64,000 nt of DNA from a virus. A model generated the notes under the pieces. It was not told the origin of the DNA and did not search any database. It worked only from the letters and a program-made list of their open reading frames with translations. The stretch is from positions 1 through 64,000 of IMG/VR virus record IMGVR_UViG_3300028844_005393; one strand, written 5' to 3'. Position 1 is the stretch's first letter; the number at the start of each line of letters is the position of its first letter. The translations under genes were made by a program, and so were the position numbers. Positions 63,600 through 64,000 of this stretch are shown here, piece by piece.

Positions 63600-64000
63600 A
63601 TGAAAAATTCCGAAGAAAGACAAACACAAGAAGAAACCCTTATTAAAGCAGGATTGCGTAAAGGGTATTTTACACTCGTAGAAGGAGTATACGATCCTGG
63701 TATTTTAAAAGCAGTATTTTTAGCAGGTGGTCCGGGTTCTGGTAAATCTGCTACGGTTGATACAATATTTGATTTTCCACCCGAGACAACCAATTTGTCT
63801 CCAAGTGGATTAAAAATAGTTAATAGTGATCCTGCGTTTGAAATACTCCTAAAGAAAGCAGGACACGATTTAAATTTATCTAAAATGGATGATGAAACTT
63901 TTAGTAAAGTAACGAGTGATGATCCAAATAGTATTCGTTCTCGTGCAAAGAAAATTATGTTAAAGCAATTTGAGATGTTTAAATACAATCGTCTTGGTGT
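63600..64000 (+). CDS. P-loop nucleotide kinase/ATPase (zeta-toxin/AAA_33-like), truncated by the window end; absent from the ORF track
   Basis: Hand translation: MKNSEE...LVEGVYDPGILKAVFLAGGPGSGKS...KIVNSDPAFE. Confidence 0.8.
   Translation, partial: MKNSEERQTQEETLIKAGLRKGYFTLVEGVYDPGILKAVFLAGGPGSGKSATVDTIFDFPPETTNLSPSGLKIVNSDPAFEILLKKAGHDLNLSKMDDETFSKVTSDDPNSIRSRAKKIMLKQFEMFKYNRLG

Noticed and set aside
1-64000. tRNA/rRNA genes, stop-codon reassignment, integrase or transposase, giant-virus origin
   Set aside because: Gaps are short and AT-rich with no cloverleaf seen by eye. Very long ORFs read in the standard code and all three stops end genes. No recombinase motifs were seen. gp25/gp6, primase and sigma70 promoters indicate a bacteriophage.

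Overview
This AT-rich, standard-code window is a densely coding segment of a large T4-like (contractile-tailed) dsDNA bacteriophage. It is not cellular or giant-virus DNA. (1) 1-13826, minus strand: a glycan-synthesis and modification island (AsnB-type amidotransferase, NDP-sugar epimerase, cytidylyltransferase, PMI-type cupin, sulfotransferase, DHH phosphoesterase, UDP-glucose dehydrogenase, several GT2/GT4 enzymes). It also holds a lipoprotein with unimolecular-spanin topology and a gp2-like gene. (2) 13867-25030, plus strand: PhoH, fibre/decoration-like virion proteins, a GT, an HD hydrolase, Hsp20 with a structured leader and terminator, a membrane protein with a probable -1 frameshift into a Pro/Thr-rich tail, and a gp55-like sigma factor. 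(3) 25030-57875: baseplate/tail module with a split gp5-like hub/spike, gp25, gp6 and giant 3785-aa and 3147-aa virion proteins. (4) 57926-64000: RuvC, primase, an Mre11/Rad50 (SbcDC) locus and a truncated P-loop kinase. The main candidates for novelty are: a ~150-aa domain I do not recognise, present in 10 copies across three virion proteins; an SbcD nuclease split in two around an inserted GT9-like gene, with its C-terminal part fused to SbcC; an A10 slippery site yielding a mucin-like extension in a phage rich in glycosyltransferases; and twin bulged-G hairpins ahead of hsp20. All assignments come from reading motifs by eye. No searches were run and the host cannot be determined.
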